A stretch of 40,006 nt of DNA from Sedimenticola sp. (GCA_030619405.1 JAUXBK010000001.1:1-40006), one strand, 5' to 3'. Shown: positions 8,230 to 18,949, numbered from the stretch's first letter. Notes: generated from the letters alone by a model not told the origin. Made by a program: numbers and translations.

Positions 8230-9384
8230 TCAGATCACAGTGACAACCCACGCTTCACCCTGTTTCACCAGCATTTCCCCGCACTCCGTCTCACCGGCGC
8301 CCGCCCCCGGGAGGGACTGGATCACCCGCCGGCCCTGGGTCCGCAGCGACCTCACCTTCTGCATAAGCAGCGGGTCACTGGCGGCCGGTGACAGTATCGC
8401 GGGCTGCTCTGTCCGACGCTCCCGCCTCCCCAGGCGAAACAGCTGTTTCAGATCTGCACTGAAGCCACAGGCCGGTCTGGCCCGGCCGAACAGGCGGCCG
8501 ATATCATCGTAGCGCCCGCCCCGTGCAACCTCCTGACCCTGACCGGGGATGAAGGCGGCAAACACCACCCCGGTGTGGTAGTGGTAGCCCCTCAGCTCGG
8601 CGAGATCATAGTGTACCGGAATCCCGGGCACGCGTTCTCCCAGCAACGCAGCCAGGCGCCTGAGTCTCTCCAGGGCGGAGAGCACCGCCTCCCCTGCCCC
8701 TGCCAACTGTTCCGGTGCCTGCTCCAGCACCTCGTCCCCGCTCATTTCGGTCAGCCCGATCAGCATCTCCCCGAGCCCGTTCCTCAGCTCGAAGCCATCC
8801 ACCAGCACCTGCAGTTCAGGAACCGCCTTGCGCTGCAGGGCCTCGAACAGGGCCTGCTCCTGTACGTCGTCCAAGCCGGCCTGCTGTATCAGCCCCCGGT
8901 AGATACCCACATGGCCCAGATCCAGATAGATGTCGTCGATACCCGCACACTGCAGAGACTCGAGCATCAGGCAGAGGATCTCCAGTTCCGCCTCCACCCC
9001 GGCGTAGCCATAGAGCTCGGCACCGATCTGCAACGGTGAGCGGGAGGCCGCCAGCCCCTCACCCCGGCTGTTGAGCACAGTACCCAGGTAGCAGAGCCGG
9101 GTCGGGCCGTCATGCCGCAGTTTGTGGGCATCGATCCGCGCCGCCTGGGGGGTGATATCCGCCCGGATACCCAGGGTGCGGCCGGTAACCTGATCAGTCA
9201 GCTTGAAGGTCTGCAGTTCCAGGTCCGAGCCGGTTCCACTGAGCAGGGACTCCAGATACTCGATGAAAGGTGGAACTACGAGGTCATAGCCCCAGCGGTG
9301 GTAGAGATCCAGCAGTTCGCGCCGCAGCTCTTCCAGGGCCAGCGCCTCGGGCGGCAGAATCTCGTCTATACCCTCTGGCAGCAA
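8230..9384 (-). CDS. hisZ: ATP phosphoribosyltransferase regulatory subunit (HisZ)
   Basis: 384 aa, HisRS-like. It has an LLPEGIDEILPPEA N-terminus and the RADITPQAARI block. The start is TTG, and an in-frame TAG six codons upstream excludes a longer form. Confidence 0.9.
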   Translation of the reverse strand: MLPEGIDEILPPEALALEELRRELLDLYHRWGYDLVVPPFIEYLESLLSGTGSDLELQTFKLTDQVTGRTLGIRADITPQAARIDAHKLRHDGPTRLCYLGTVLNSRGEGLAASRSPLQIGAELYGYAGVEAELEILCLMLESLQCAGIDDIYLDLGHVGIYRGLIQQAGLDDVQEQALFEALQRKAVPELQVLVDGFELRNGLGEMLIGLTEMSGDEVLEQAPEQLAGAGEAVLSALERLRRLAALLGERVPGIPVHYDLAELRGYHYHTGVVFAAFIPGQGQEVARGGRYDDIGRLFGRARPACGFSADLKQLFRLGRRERRTEQPAILSPAASDPLLMQKVRSLRTQGRRVIQSLPGAGAGETECGEMLVKQGEAWVVTVI

Positions 9385-9416
9385 CCAGTGTTCGTAACGC
9401 TATCTTCGAATGCTGT

Positions 9417-9602
9417 TCAATGAACGAAATAGAGCATGACGACACCCAGGACCATGCTGACCAGCCCGCCGATGCGCAGGGCGTGGTCATCCATCTCGCC
9501 CAGTGCCTGCATCATCCGCCGCATGGCCCCGGGGTTGAGAAAGGGCAGAACGCCTTCGATGACCATCACCAGCGAGAGGGCGATCAGGATCTCCTGCCAC
9601 AT
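9417..9602 (-). CDS. yjeT: DUF2065 small membrane protein (YjeT-like)
   Basis: 61 aa with two hydrophobic helices. It occupies the same position downstream of hflC as E. coli yjeT. Confidence 0.8.
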   Translation of the reverse strand: MWQEILIALSLVMVIEGVLPFLNPGAMRRMMQALGEMDDHALRIGGLVSMVLGVVMLYFVH

Positions 9603-9695
9603 CTCAGCCTCCGGAAACAGGCCCGGGTTCGGCCACCCGATTCGGGCAGCAGGATACCCGGCGGCAGGATCTGGTCATCCCCCTGCCCGCCGTGA

Positions 9696-10571
9696 TCAGG
9701 GGTTCCCCCCCTGGCTGCGGAAGTATTTGAAGAACTCGGAGTCCGGTTCCAGGACCATCATGTCGCCGCCTTGAGTAAAAGACTCCCGATAGGCGCTGAG
9801 ACTGCGGTAGAAGGCATAGAACTCATGATTCCTGTTGTACGCTTTGGCGTAGACTTCTGCCGCCTTGCCGTCCCCCAGTCCCTTCAGTTCCTCCGCCTGC
9901 TTGAAGGCGTCCGCCAGAATCACGGTGCGCTGACGATCTGCGTCGGCGCGGATCCGCTCCGCCGCCTCGGCCCCTTTGGCCCGCAGGTCTCGCGCCACCC
10001 GACCACGCTCGGCACGCATACGATCATAGACCGAGCCACTCACCTCTGGTGGCAGGTCGATCTGTTTGACCCGCACATCCATGATCTCCACCCCGAGTTC
10101 ACCCGCCTTCTCATCCGAATCCTTGGTCAGCAACGCCATGATCTCCGCCCGCTCACCCGACACCACCTCCTGGATGGTGCGCTTGCCGAACTCGTTGCGC
10201 AGGCTGGTGTTGATCCGCTCCGCGAGCAGGCGTGCCGTCTTGTCCGGATCACCGCCGGTGGAGCGGTAGAACTGGGCCACGTCCGCGATACGCCACTTGG
10301 CGAAGGAGTCGACGATCACATCCTTCTTCTCCACGGTGAGGAAGCGTTCCGGCCGTGCATCCAGGGTCTGGATACGGGCATCGAACTTCTTCACCTCCTG
10401 GATGACGGGTATCCGCCAGTGCAGGCCCGGCTCATAGTTGGAATCCACGATCTCGCCCAGTCGCAGCTTGATCGCCGTCTCCCACTGATTCACCACGAAG
10501 GCGGAAGAGTAGATGATCGCGACCAGGATCGCGGCGATGATACCAAACAAACCTATCTTGCCACTGTTCAC
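9696..10571 (-). CDS. hflC: Protease modulator HflC (SPFH/band-7)
   Basis: 291 aa with an N-terminal TM segment and an SPFH domain. Its start overlaps the hflK stop by 4 nt. Confidence 0.95.
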   Translation of the reverse strand: MNSGKIGLFGIIAAILVAIIYSSAFVVNQWETAIKLRLGEIVDSNYEPGLHWRIPVIQEVKKFDARIQTLDARPERFLTVEKKDVIVDSFAKWRIADVAQFYRSTGGDPDKTARLLAERINTSLRNEFGKRTIQEVVSGERAEIMALLTKDSDEKAGELGVEIMDVRVKQIDLPPEVSGSVYDRMRAERGRVARDLRAKGAEAAERIRADADRQRTVILADAFKQAEELKGLGDGKAAEVYAKAYNRNHEFYAFYRSLSAYRESFTQGGDMMVLEPDSEFFKYFRSQGGNP

Positions 10572-11740
10572 TGGCGCACCCCCCTGCTACGGCTCACGTC
10601 CCGCGACCCACGCTCCCGGTCTGCCCGCTTCTGGGGCCGGGAGGGCATGGTCTCCTGCGATCTGACGGCGGGCGCACCGGAGGTACGCTCCATCAGCTTG
10701 TCCAGTGGCAGATACATCAGGCTGTTGCTCCCTTTGGCATCCATGATCACCTTGCCGGTGCGGCTCAGCACATACTCGATGGTGTCCAGATAGAGACGCT
10801 GCCGGGTCACTTCGGGCGCCTTCTCGTACTCCGTCAGTACCGCCAGGAAGCGCGAGGTCTCACCCTCTGCCTCGGCGATCACCTTGTCCCGGTAGGCCTT
10901 GGCATCCTCGACCCGACGGGCGGCGCCACCCCGTGCCACGGGCACCACCTCGTTGGCGTAGGCCTCGGCCTGGTTCTCCAGACGTGCCTTGTCCTCCCGC
11001 GCCTTGATGGCATCGTCGAACGCCTCTTTCACCTGCTCCGGTGGCTTGGCCGGCTGCATGTTGACACTGGTTACCAGCAATCCACTGCGGTAGGCGTTGA
11101 TCAGCTGCTGGGCCCGCCGCATGATGTCATTGGCGATCGAGCCGCGACCCTCGGTGAGAATGAAGTCCAGATCGCTCTTGCCGACGGTCTCGCGCACCGC
11201 CGTCTCCGTGGCATCGCGCAGCGTCTTCTCCGGGCTCTGGTCCTGGAACAGATAATCCGGTGCATCCTGGATCTTGGACTGAACGGTCAGCTCCACGTCC
11301 ACGATATTCTCGTCCCGGGTCAGCATCTGCGCCTTGTGCCGGAAAGAGGAGATCTGATCCACGTTCACCTTCACCACGTCGTCGATCAACGGGACCAGGA
11401 AGTGGGGCCCCGGCTGAGTTACCTCCTTGTAGGCGCCGAAACGCAGCACCACGCCCCGTTCCGCAGGCTCCACCGTGTAGAAGCTCTTGACTACGAGCAG
11501 TACCAGCACAACGACCAGGAGGATGATACCCACCCTTTTCAGGTTGCCTGCCCCCGGGCCGGGAGCCGGGCTCCCGGAATCCCCACCGTCACCCTTGCCA
11601 CCGCCGCTGCCGCCACCGAACAGACCACCCAGCTTCTCCTGCATCTTTTTGACGACTTCGTCCAGATCAGGCGGTCCCTGATCACCACCCTTACCACTCC
11701 AGGGATCTTTATTGTCACCACCCGGTTCATTCCAGGCCAT
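10568..11740 (-). CDS. hflK: Protease modulator HflK (SPFH/band-7)
   Basis: 390 aa. It has the typical MAWNEPGG..DPW..GPPDLDE N-terminus, a Gly-rich linker, a TM segment and an SPFH domain. Confidence 0.95.
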   Translation of the reverse strand: MAWNEPGGDNKDPWSGKGGDQGPPDLDEVVKKMQEKLGGLFGGGSGGGKGDGGDSGSPAPGPGAGNLKRVGIILLVVVLVLLVVKSFYTVEPAERGVVLRFGAYKEVTQPGPHFLVPLIDDVVKVNVDQISSFRHKAQMLTRDENIVDVELTVQSKIQDAPDYLFQDQSPEKTLRDATETAVRETVGKSDLDFILTEGRGSIANDIMRRAQQLINAYRSGLLVTSVNMQPAKPPEQVKEAFDDAIKAREDKARLENQAEAYANEVVPVARGGAARRVEDAKAYRDKVIAEAEGETSRFLAVLTEYEKAPEVTRQRLYLDTIEYVLSRTGKVIMDAKGSNSLMYLPLDKLMERTSGAPAVRSQETMPSRPQKRADRERGSRDVSRSRGVRQ

Positions 11741-11851
11741 TGAATACTCCAGTTTTCATCAGTAGATTCGTTTACGACGGAACGCCCTCTACAGCGATCC
11801 GTGAGAAAGTGCGATTTTAGGGGTGTTGAATAAGCGAGGCAAGCAACTTCT

Positions 11852-13135
11852 TCAGGCAATCAGCCGCTGCTCCAGAGTTGCCTCCTGCCGGCTGAGCTGT
11901 TCGAACACCCTGCGGGAGAGTTCCACTTCCAGTTCCCATCCCCCATCATCCGTCGCCTGCTCCATGATCACCTTGCCCAGCTCGAACAGCCGCGCACGCA
12001 TACGCCCATCTGCCGGACCGAGGCGCAGCTGCTTCCTGACATGGGCCTGGTGGAAATACTCCTCCAGCGCCTGCAACAGCAGTTCCACACCCGTTCCATC
12101 CCGGGCAGAGAGCCAGACACGGCGAGGCAACCCATCCTCCCCCCGCTCGAGGTTTGGCCCCGCGCCTTCCATCAGATCTATCTTGTTATAGACCTCGATC
12201 TGGGGCAGTTCATCGGCACCGATCTGCTGCAGTACATCGTTCACCTCGGCAACGCACACCGCCCGTTGCGGGCTCGCCGCATCGACGACATGCAGCAGCA
12301 GGGATGCCTCCGCGGTCTCCTGCAGGGTGGATTTGAATGCCGACACCAGCTCGTGCGGCAGCTGGGAGATAAAGCCTACGGTATCCGCCAGCACCAGTGA
12401 GCCCCGCCCGGGGAGCTCCACCCGGCGCAGGGTCGGATCCAGCGTGGCAAACAGCTGATCGGCCGCAAACACGTCGGAATCGGTCAGCCGGTTAAACAGC
12501 GTGGATTTTCCGGCATTGGTGTACCCCACCAGCGAGACCGTGGGCACCTCTGCCTTGCTGCGTGAGCGACGCCCCTGTCCCCGCTGGCTCTCCACCTTCT
12601 CCAGCCGGCACCGGATCTGGGAGATCCGGTTATTGAGCAGGCGGCGATCGGTCTCCAGCTGGGTCTCACCCGGACCACGCAGGCCGATACCACCCTTCTG
12701 GCGCTCCAGATGGGTCCAACCCCGTACCAAACGGGTGGAGAGATGCCTGAGCTGGGCCAGTTCCACTTGCAGCTTGCCTTCGAAGGAGCGGGCACGCTGC
12801 GCAAAGATGTCCAGGATCAGGCCGGTCCGGTCCACCACCCGGCACTCGAACTCCCGTTCCAGATTGCGCTCCTGGCTGGGGGAGAGGGGGTGGTTGAAGA
12901 TGACCAGCTCCGCGCCTTCACCGGCAACCGTCGACTTCACCTCCTCGGCCTTGCCGCGCCCGATATAGAGACGGGGGTCGGGAGAGCGCCGGCTCCCCAT
13001 CACCGTCGCCACCGGCCTGGCACCTGCGGAGAGCGCCAGCTCTTCGAATTCGGCCCTCTCGTCCGGGTCGGGGCGGGTCCCGATATCCACGTGTACCAGT
13101 ACCGCCTTTTCACCAATCTTGGGGCGATCAAACAT
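11852..13135 (-). CDS. hflX: GTPase HflX
   Basis: 427 aa. G1 is GYTNAGKST, G3 is DTVGF and G4 is NKID. It lies in the hfq-hflX-hflK-hflC order. Confidence 0.96.
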   Translation of the reverse strand: MFDRPKIGEKAVLVHVDIGTRPDPDERAEFEELALSAGARPVATVMGSRRSPDPRLYIGRGKAEEVKSTVAGEGAELVIFNHPLSPSQERNLEREFECRVVDRTGLILDIFAQRARSFEGKLQVELAQLRHLSTRLVRGWTHLERQKGGIGLRGPGETQLETDRRLLNNRISQIRCRLEKVESQRGQGRRSRSKAEVPTVSLVGYTNAGKSTLFNRLTDSDVFAADQLFATLDPTLRRVELPGRGSLVLADTVGFISQLPHELVSAFKSTLQETAEASLLLHVVDAASPQRAVCVAEVNDVLQQIGADELPQIEVYNKIDLMEGAGPNLERGEDGLPRRVWLSARDGTGVELLLQALEEYFHQAHVRKQLRLGPADGRMRARLFELGKVIMEQATDDGGWELEVELSRRVFEQLSRQEATLEQRLIA

Positions 13136-13203
13136 CCAACACCACGACTGTAGCTCTCCTGTTATTCATCACGTAGCATTGCCAAATCCTGGCTGGCCCG
13201 CCA

Positions 13204-13458
13204 TCAATAATTACCCGGGTCGGTCGAACCTTCGGGTTGGTTGGCTGGCAGCCGGATATTCCGGGCCGGGACCACTGTCGAAATGGCATGTTTATAGACC
13301 ATCTGGCTGACTGTGTTTTTCAACAGCACCACGAACTGGTCGAAGGATTCGATCTGTCCCTGTAACTTGATTCCGTTCACCAGGAAGATTGATACCGGAA
13401 CACGCTCTTTGCGCAGGGTATTCAGGAAAGGGTCTTGTAAGCTTTGCCCCTTGGACAT
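13204..13458 (-). CDS. hfq: RNA chaperone Hfq
   Basis: 84 aa, starting [48 protein letters not shown] and continuing to [10 protein letters not shown]. An AAGGAG SD precedes the ATG at 13458. The longer form in the ORF track is an over-extension. Confidence 0.97.
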   Translation of the reverse strand: MSKGQSLQDPFLNTLRKERVPVSIFLVNGIKLQGQIESFDQFVVLLKNTVSQMVYKHAISTVVPARNIRLPANQPEGSTDPGNY

Positions 13459-13647
13459 GTGGTTCTCCTTGTTATTTTCTCTGGTGGTCATCGATCGGGA
13501 TCGCTGGTTATAATAACTGCTATCCAGACAGGGAATCAGTCTAGCACACAAGAAGATAGACCCCTATTTTACCGATATGCTCCAGGATAAAACATATTGC
13601 ACGATAGAGCCTCCTGGAACCGGATATATTCCTGTCCGCACAACCTT

Positions 13648-14598
13648 TCAGCTGAAGGCGGAGCGAATGATTTTCAAGGCCTGCGCAGATATATTCCCCT
13701 CCTCCTCGTCCAGCCAGTGAACTTCCGGGTCCGCCCGTAACCAGGTGAACTGTCGCTTGGCCAGCTGGCGAGTCGCCACCACACCCTTTTCGATCATGGT
13801 TTCCCGGTCCCACTTCCCCAGCAGGTACCTGACCATCTGCCGGTAACCGACCAGGCGCAGGGAGGGCATCTCCGGTGACAGATCCCAGCGTGCCAGCAAC
13901 TGCCGTACCTCCTGTTCGAAACCCTGTTTCAGCATGCGGTGGAACCGCGCCTCGATCCGCTGGTGCAACAGTGACCGCTCCCGTGGGGCACGGGCCAGCT
14001 TCAGCGGGTGATAAGGGAAGGGAGACAGGTTCCTCCTCCCCTGCAGACTGGACAGGGGTTGGCCGGTCAACCGGTACACCTCCAGCGCCCGCTGGATCCG
14101 TTGCGGGTCGTTGGGGTGTATCCGGTTCGCCGCTTTCGGGTCCACCTCCGCCAATTGCCGGTGCATGCCCGCCCAACCCACCCGGGCCGCCTCTTGTTCC
14201 AGCGCCGCCCGGGTCTTGGGGTCGGCGGCTGGAAGATTGGAGAGCCCCTGCTCCAGGGCACGAAAATAGAGCATAGTGCCCCCAACCAGCAGTGGGATCC
14301 GGTCGGCGCCGGTGATCTCTGCCATCTCCCGCAGGGCATCTTCACGAAAACGGGCGGCAGAATAGACCTCGGCCGGGTCACAGATATCGATCAGACGATG
14401 GGGGGCCCGCGCCAGCTCCGCTGCATCCGGCTTGGCGGTACCGATATCCAGCCCCCGGTAGACCAGAGCAGAGTCCACGCTGACGATCTCGCAGGGCAGC
14501 GACTGCACCAGCTCGATGGCCAGTTCGGTCTTGCCGGAGGCCGTGGGGCCCATCAGAAATATAGCCGGCTTACGCGCGATACCGGTGCCTGTTGCCAT
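13648..14598 (-). CDS. miaA: tRNA dimethylallyltransferase
   Basis: 316 aa with the GPTASGKT P-loop and the [16 protein letters not shown] block. Confidence 0.96.
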   Translation of the reverse strand: MATGTGIARKPAIFLMGPTASGKTELAIELVQSLPCEIVSVDSALVYRGLDIGTAKPDAAELARAPHRLIDICDPAEVYSAARFREDALREMAEITGADRIPLLVGGTMLYFRALEQGLSNLPAADPKTRAALEQEAARVGWAGMHRQLAEVDPKAANRIHPNDPQRIQRALEVYRLTGQPLSSLQGRRNLSPFPYHPLKLARAPRERSLLHQRIEARFHRMLKQGFEQEVRQLLARWDLSPEMPSLRLVGYRQMVRYLLGKWDRETMIEKGVVATRQLAKRQFTWLRADPEVHWLDEEEGNISAQALKIIRSAFS

Positions 14599-14666
14599 TC
14601 AATATCCTTCTGCGGAACGATATGAATACTCCGCCGGTTGACAACCGTTGGTTTCGAGTTACGGCT

Positions 14667-14713
14667 CCATCTCCCTCAAGGGAGGGGGGATTTAAGGGTT
14701 TTGCAAGAGCCCC
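14667..14713. repeat. REP-like palindromic element, family 1 (CTCCCTCAAGGGAG core plus GATTTARG..TTTTGCAAGAGCC tail)
   Basis: The sequence is CCATCTCCCTCAAGGGAGGGGGGATTTAAGGGTTTTGCAAGAGCCCC. It is nearly identical to the copy at 19087-19132. Confidence 0.8.
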
Positions 14714-14828
14714 TTACATTTTGCCTTTAAACGCAAATGGCGATCATACGCTAATTCATCTTCACGAAAAATTGACACAGGGTCGACGACAACTGCGAAT
14801 GAGAATTGCTGTGGTCGAGGAGACCGGC

Positions 14829-14873
14829 TTGACCGGGGCTATAGTGTGGATTATTCTAGCTATATAAATCCAC
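14829..14873 (+). promoter_or_regulatory. Candidate sigma70 promoter plus inverted-repeat operator of the toxin-antitoxin cassette
   Basis: TTGACC (14829-14834), a 17-nt spacer, then TATTCT (14852-14857). The inverted repeat GTGGATT (14846-14852) / AATCCAC (14867-14873) overlaps the -10 element, immediately upstream of the RHH antitoxin ORF. Confidence 0.4.
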
Positions 14874-14877
14874 ATTA

Positions 14878-15123
14878 TTGGGGGTGCAATTGAAGACCGT
14901 TCAAATGACGCTTGATGACGCGTTGCTCAAAGAGGTCGACCGGGTTGTGAAGCGGCTCCACACAAGCCGTTCCGCATTCACACGGAATGCCCTTCGTGAG
15001 GCACTTGAACTTTACGCCATTGAGCAATTGGAACGTAAACATCGCCAGGGATACGAAAGGCATCCGGTTGCTGGTAACGAGTTCTCCATTTGGGAAAGGG
15101 AGCAGGCCTGGGGCGAGGAATGA
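14878..15123 (+). CDS. Ribbon-helix-helix (CopG-like) antitoxin
   Basis: About 75-81 aa. The RHH signature is TVQMTLDDALLKEVDRVVKRLHTSRSAFTRNALREAL. The stop overlaps the toxin start as ATGA. The exact start is ambiguous (TTG 14878, GTG 14884 or TTG 14890). Confidence 0.8.
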   Translation: MGVQLKTVQMTLDDALLKEVDRVVKRLHTSRSAFTRNALREALELYAIEQLERKHRQGYERHPVAGNEFSIWEREQAWGEE

Positions 15124-15431
15124 AACACTGCGAAATTCGTTGGTACAAGTTTGCCCAACCAGATAAGAAGAGACCTGTCCTCATCCTGACACGGGATTCC
15201 GTATTGAAGTACCTCGGTGAAGTCACTGTTGCGCCAATTACCAGTACTGTCCGTGATATCCCGTCTGAAGTCTTTCTCTCGAAGGATGACGGCATGCCTC
15301 GAGATTGCGCTATCAATTGCGATCACCTGCAGACAGTTTCAAAAGGTAAGGTTGGCGCACTTATCACCTCTCTTCCTCGGGCAAGGATGGCTGCTGTCGG
15401 GCAGGCAATTCGCTTTGCACTCGCCATCTGA
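15120..15431 (+). CDS. MazF/PemK-family type II toxin (endoribonuclease)
   Basis: 103 aa, starting MKHCEIRWYKFAQPDKKRPVLILTRD, then VAPITSTVRDIPSEV and DCAINCDHLQTVSK, which matches the PemK/MazF fold pattern. It is translationally coupled to the upstream RHH gene. Confidence 0.85.
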   Translation: MKHCEIRWYKFAQPDKKRPVLILTRDSVLKYLGEVTVAPITSTVRDIPSEVFLSKDDGMPRDCAINCDHLQTVSKGKVGALITSLPRARMAAVGQAIRFALAI

Positions 15432-15640
15432 TTCAGCAACAGCCAGCGAATAACAATAGAAGAGTCGAAGAATCTATGGACCGGTCTGGTTGGGCCATAC
15501 CAGATTGCACTATGATCAGCGTTGGCAGCAGAATGAATTATGATCAGCAAACCTTTCGATCGCATAAGTACTCTCTTTCGGGGATATTGAACTCAAGTTT
15601 CGGAGTTTAAATAACATAAAAGGTTGTATCAGGTCTGGAA

Positions 15641-17452
15641 CTACCGGCCCCGCAGAAACAACCGGTCCAGCCCCTCCATGCCCAACTGCACCCAGGTGGG
15701 GCGGCCGTGGTTGCACTGGTCACCGCGCTCCGTCGTCTCCATCTCCCGCAGCAGGGCGTTCATCTCCTCCAGGGTGAGGCGGCGGTTGGCCCGCACCGAT
15801 CCGTGGCAGGCCATGCTGGACAGCACTTGATCAATCGCTTCCTGGATACGGCCACTCTCGCCGTGCACCACCAGATCCGACAGCAGGTCACGCAGCAGCC
15901 GCTCCGCATCGCTCCCCTGCAGCAGTACCGGGATAGCCCGTACCACCAGCGCCTGGTCCGATAACCGGTCCACCTCCATGCCCAACCCGGAGAAGAGCGC
16001 CTGGTTGCTCTCCGCCAGATCCGCCTCCCGCTGGCTGACGGCGACTGACACCGGTACCAGCAGTGGCTGGCTGCGAATGCCCTCCCCCGCCCGGTCCCGC
16101 TTGAAGCGTTCGTAGGTGATCCGCTCATGGGCGGCGTGCATATCGACCACCACCAGGCCAGCGGCGTTCTCGGCCAGGATGTAGACCCCCCTGAGCTGGG
16201 CCAGCGCGTAGCCGAGTGGCGGGATCTCCTGCTGCTCCGGATGGGTGGCCGCCACACCCATGGCAGGGGGCGGGCGTTGCAGATCGAGGCTCGCCCGGTA
16301 CCCGGCCCGTTGGTCCTTCAGTTGGAACCGGAACGGCTGCTGCCCCGCGCCTGGCTGCTGGCTCTCCCTCTGGTTCGCAGCCACCGCACCCGGCTCCGCC
16401 ACACCCGCTGCAGAGAGTATCTCCCCGGTCTCCCGGTCCACGCCCTGCCCCGGGCTGGTCTCGGAGAGGGTGCGATGGAGAGTTCGAAACAGGAAATCGT
16501 GAACCTGCCGCCCGTCCCGGAAGCGTACCTCATGCTTGGTGGGGTGCACGTTAACATCCACCAGCACCGGGTCGACCGAGAGATAGAGCAGATAGGCGGG
16601 GTGGCGGCCCTGGTAAAGCACGTCGCTGTAGGCCTGGCGCACGGCATGGCTGACCAGCCTGTCCCTGACGGTGCGCCCGTTGACATAGAAATACTGCATG
16701 TCCGCCTGGCTGCGGGAGAAAGTGGGGTGGGCCACCCAGCCCGACAGCGCCAACTCTGTGTGCCCCTGCTCCAGATAGAGGGCCTGCTCGAGAAATGCCG
16801 GCCCCAGCAGGCCCGCCACCCGCCGCTCCTGCGCATGGCGGTCCGGGGCAGCCGGCAGGGAGAGGACCTCCCGGCGATTGTGCCGCAAGCTGAACGCCAC
16901 GTCGAACCGGCTCAGGGCCAGTCGTTTCACCAGGGTTTCGATGTGCCCGTACTCGGTTTTCTCGGTGCGCAGGAACTTGCGCCGGGCCGGGGTGTTGAAG
17001 AAGAGGTCCCGCACCTCGACACTGGTACCCTCCGGGTGGGCTGCCGGTGTCAGCCCACCCGCTTCCTCTCTTCCATCACCTGACAGCTGCCAGCCCTGGT
17101 CCGCCCCCGCCTGCCGGGCAATCACGGTCAAACGGGAGACCGAGGCGATACTGGGCAGCGCCTCACCCCGGAAACCCATGCTGGAGACCCGCTCCAGCTC
17201 TTCCAGGCTACTGATCTTGCTGGTGGCGTGACGGGAAAGTGCCAGTGACAGATCATCGGGGTGGATACCCCGGCCGTTGTCCCGCACCCGGATCAGCTTT
17301 ACCCCGCCCTGCTCCACCTCGATCTCTATCCGGGTAGCACCCGCATCCAGACTGTTCTCCACCAGCTCCTTGATCACGGATGCCGGGCGCTCCACCACCT
17401 CGCCGGCGGCAATCTGGTTGACGAGCTGTGGGGGGAGTGGCTGGATTCTCAT
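15641..17452 (-). CDS. mutL: DNA mismatch repair endonuclease MutL
   Basis: 603 aa. The GHKL ATPase N-terminus reads [27 protein letters not shown]. The C-terminal dimerisation domain is present. Confidence 0.97.
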   Translation of the reverse strand: MRIQPLPPQLVNQIAAGEVVERPASVIKELVENSLDAGATRIEIEVEQGGVKLIRVRDNGRGIHPDDLSLALSRHATSKISSLEELERVSSMGFRGEALPSIASVSRLTVIARQAGADQGWQLSGDGREEAGGLTPAAHPEGTSVEVRDLFFNTPARRKFLRTEKTEYGHIETLVKRLALSRFDVAFSLRHNRREVLSLPAAPDRHAQERRVAGLLGPAFLEQALYLEQGHTELALSGWVAHPTFSRSQADMQYFYVNGRTVRDRLVSHAVRQAYSDVLYQGRHPAYLLYLSVDPVLVDVNVHPTKHEVRFRDGRQVHDFLFRTLHRTLSETSPGQGVDRETGEILSAAGVAEPGAVAANQRESQQPGAGQQPFRFQLKDQRAGYRASLDLQRPPPAMGVAATHPEQQEIPPLGYALAQLRGVYILAENAAGLVVVDMHAAHERITYERFKRDRAGEGIRSQPLLVPVSVAVSQREADLAESNQALFSGLGMEVDRLSDQALVVRAIPVLLQGSDAERLLRDLLSDLVVHGESGRIQEAIDQVLSSMACHGSVRANRRLTLEEMNALLREMETTERGDQCNHGRPTWVQLGMEGLDRLFLRGR

Positions 17453-17510
17453 AGGGTAGAGAGCGTACCGGTTGCAGGTACGGGATGGAAGGGTGAGTCA
17501 GGGGTTCCTG

Positions 17511-17608
17511 GTTCCCACGCTCTGCGTGGGAACCCGCGCCGGACCCGGAAGTGGTACCAGGCGTCGCAGGAGCGACGCACACTGCGTTCCCACGCTGAGC
17601 GTGGGAAC
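17511..17608. repeat. REP-like palindromes, family 3 (GTTCCCACGC-NNN-GCGTGGGAAC), two copies plus a central hairpin
   Basis: GTTCCCACGCTCTGCGTGGGAAC lies at 17511-17533 and GTTCCCACGCTGAGCGTGGGAAC at 17586-17608. The hairpin GCGTCGCAGGAGCGACGC lies between them at 17561-17578. The element fills the amiB-mutL spacer. Confidence 0.85.
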
Positions 17609-17638
17609 GAGGGGTTCTGGCTTCTCTCTTGCGGCCCG

Positions 17639-18949
17639 TCAGGTCTTCGGAATCCGCAGCACCTGCCCGATCCGGATCTGGTCCCCGGAGAGGCCATTGG
17701 CTGACCGCAGATCACGCACCTTAACCTGGTACTGCCTGGCGATCCTGCCCAGGGTCTCTCCCGAGCTGATGACATGCTTGCGCGGTGCCCGCTCGGCCAG
17801 AATGGTTCCGGGCGGGGCATTGCTGCGGAAATGCCCCCGTATCCCCTTCATGATGGCCCGGGCCATCTTCTGCTGATATTTGGAGCTTCTCAGCTTCCGC
17901 TCTTCCGATGGATTGGAGATGAATGCTGTCTCTACCAGTATCGAGGGTACATCCGGCGACTTCAGAACCACGAAGCCGGCCTGCTGCACCTTGTGCTTAT
18001 GGGTCTTGCCCAGCTTCTTGAGCTGCCGGAACACGCTGCTCGCCAGGTTGTGGCTGGCCTGCAGGGTCGCCGACTGGGAGAGATCGAGCAGCACCGAGGC
18101 CAGGATATCGTCCTTATCCTCCAGCTTCACGCCGCCGATGAGGTCGGCGCTGTTCTCCTGCACCGCCAGCCAGCGTGCCGCCTCACTGGAGGCCCCTCGC
18201 TGAGAAAGGGTGTAGACGGAGGAGCCCCGCACCCGCCGGTCACGAAAGGCATCGGCGTGAATCGAGATGAACATGTCCGCCTTCTGCCGCCGCGCCAGCT
18301 TCATCCGCTTGCGCAACCCCAGGTAGTAGTCACCCTTGCGGATCAGCACCGGCCGCATGCCGATCTCTTTTTGCACCAGTGCCGCCAGCTTGCGGGCGAT
18401 CGCCAGCACCACGGTCTTCTCACGCGTCCCGGCCTTTCCCCTTGCCCCGGGGTCCTCACCGCCGTGTCCCGCATCGATCGCGATCACCAATTCCCGTGGC
18501 GCACTACGCTGTACCACTCTGGATACCTTGACCGGCCTGGCGGCCTTGCCGATGGACTTCGCTTTTGCATCGTAGAGATCCACCACCAGCCGGTTGCCGT
18601 ACTTCCGGTTGGGGCGAAGCACGAAACTCTTGGGTTTGACCGGCCTTTTCAGATCCAGCACCACCCGCAGATCCCCACCCTTTCGGTTGGCGCTGCGTAT
18701 CCGGCTGACCAGTGGATTGCCGCTCCCGACCTGAGGCATCTTGCCGCTCAGCTTCGATTTCTTGATGTCGATGACCAGCCGGTCCGGGGTTTTCAGGCTG
18801 AACAGGGAGTGTTCCACCGAAGCACTGGTATCGAACACCAGCCGGATATGATCGGGTGCGGCCCAGAGTCTCAGATTATCGATCTTTATGGTCTGAGCAC
18901 TGAGCGGCCAACTGAGGAACAGCAATAGAAGCGCGGCAATCCTGTACAT
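17639..18949 (-). CDS. amiB: N-acetylmuramoyl-L-alanine amidase with C-terminal LysM
   Basis: It has a signal peptide (MYRIAALLLLFLSWPLSAQT), an Amidase_3 core (VIAIDAGHGGEDPGA .. SIHADA) and a C-terminal LysM (HVISSGETLGRIARQYQV..). It sits in the tsaE-amiB-mutL context. The ATG at 19003 in the ORF track adds a non-signal-like extension. Confidence 0.9.
   Translation of the reverse strand: MYRIAALLLLFLSWPLSAQTIKIDNLRLWAAPDHIRLVFDTSASVEHSLFSLKTPDRLVIDIKKSKLSGKMPQVGSGNPLVSRIRSANRKGGDLRVVLDLKRPVKPKSFVLRPNRKYGNRLVVDLYDAKAKSIGKAARPVKVSRVVQRSAPRELVIAIDAGHGGEDPGARGKAGTREKTVVLAIARKLAALVQKEIGMRPVLIRKGDYYLGLRKRMKLARRQKADMFISIHADAFRDRRVRGSSVYTLSQRGASSEAARWLAVQENSADLIGGVKLEDKDDILASVLLDLSQSATLQASHNLASSVFRQLKKLGKTHKHKVQQAGFVVLKSPDVPSILVETAFISNPSEERKLRSSKYQQKMARAIMKGIRGHFRSNAPPGTILAERAPRKHVISSGETLGRIARQYQVKVRDLRSANGLSGDQIRIGQVLRIPKT

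Noticed and set aside
13459-13647. The miaA-hfq and hfq-hflX spacers were checked for sRNAs or attenuators.
   Set aside because: I saw nothing beyond an SD for hfq and weak hairpins. The known internal hfq promoters in miaA cannot be identified by eye here.
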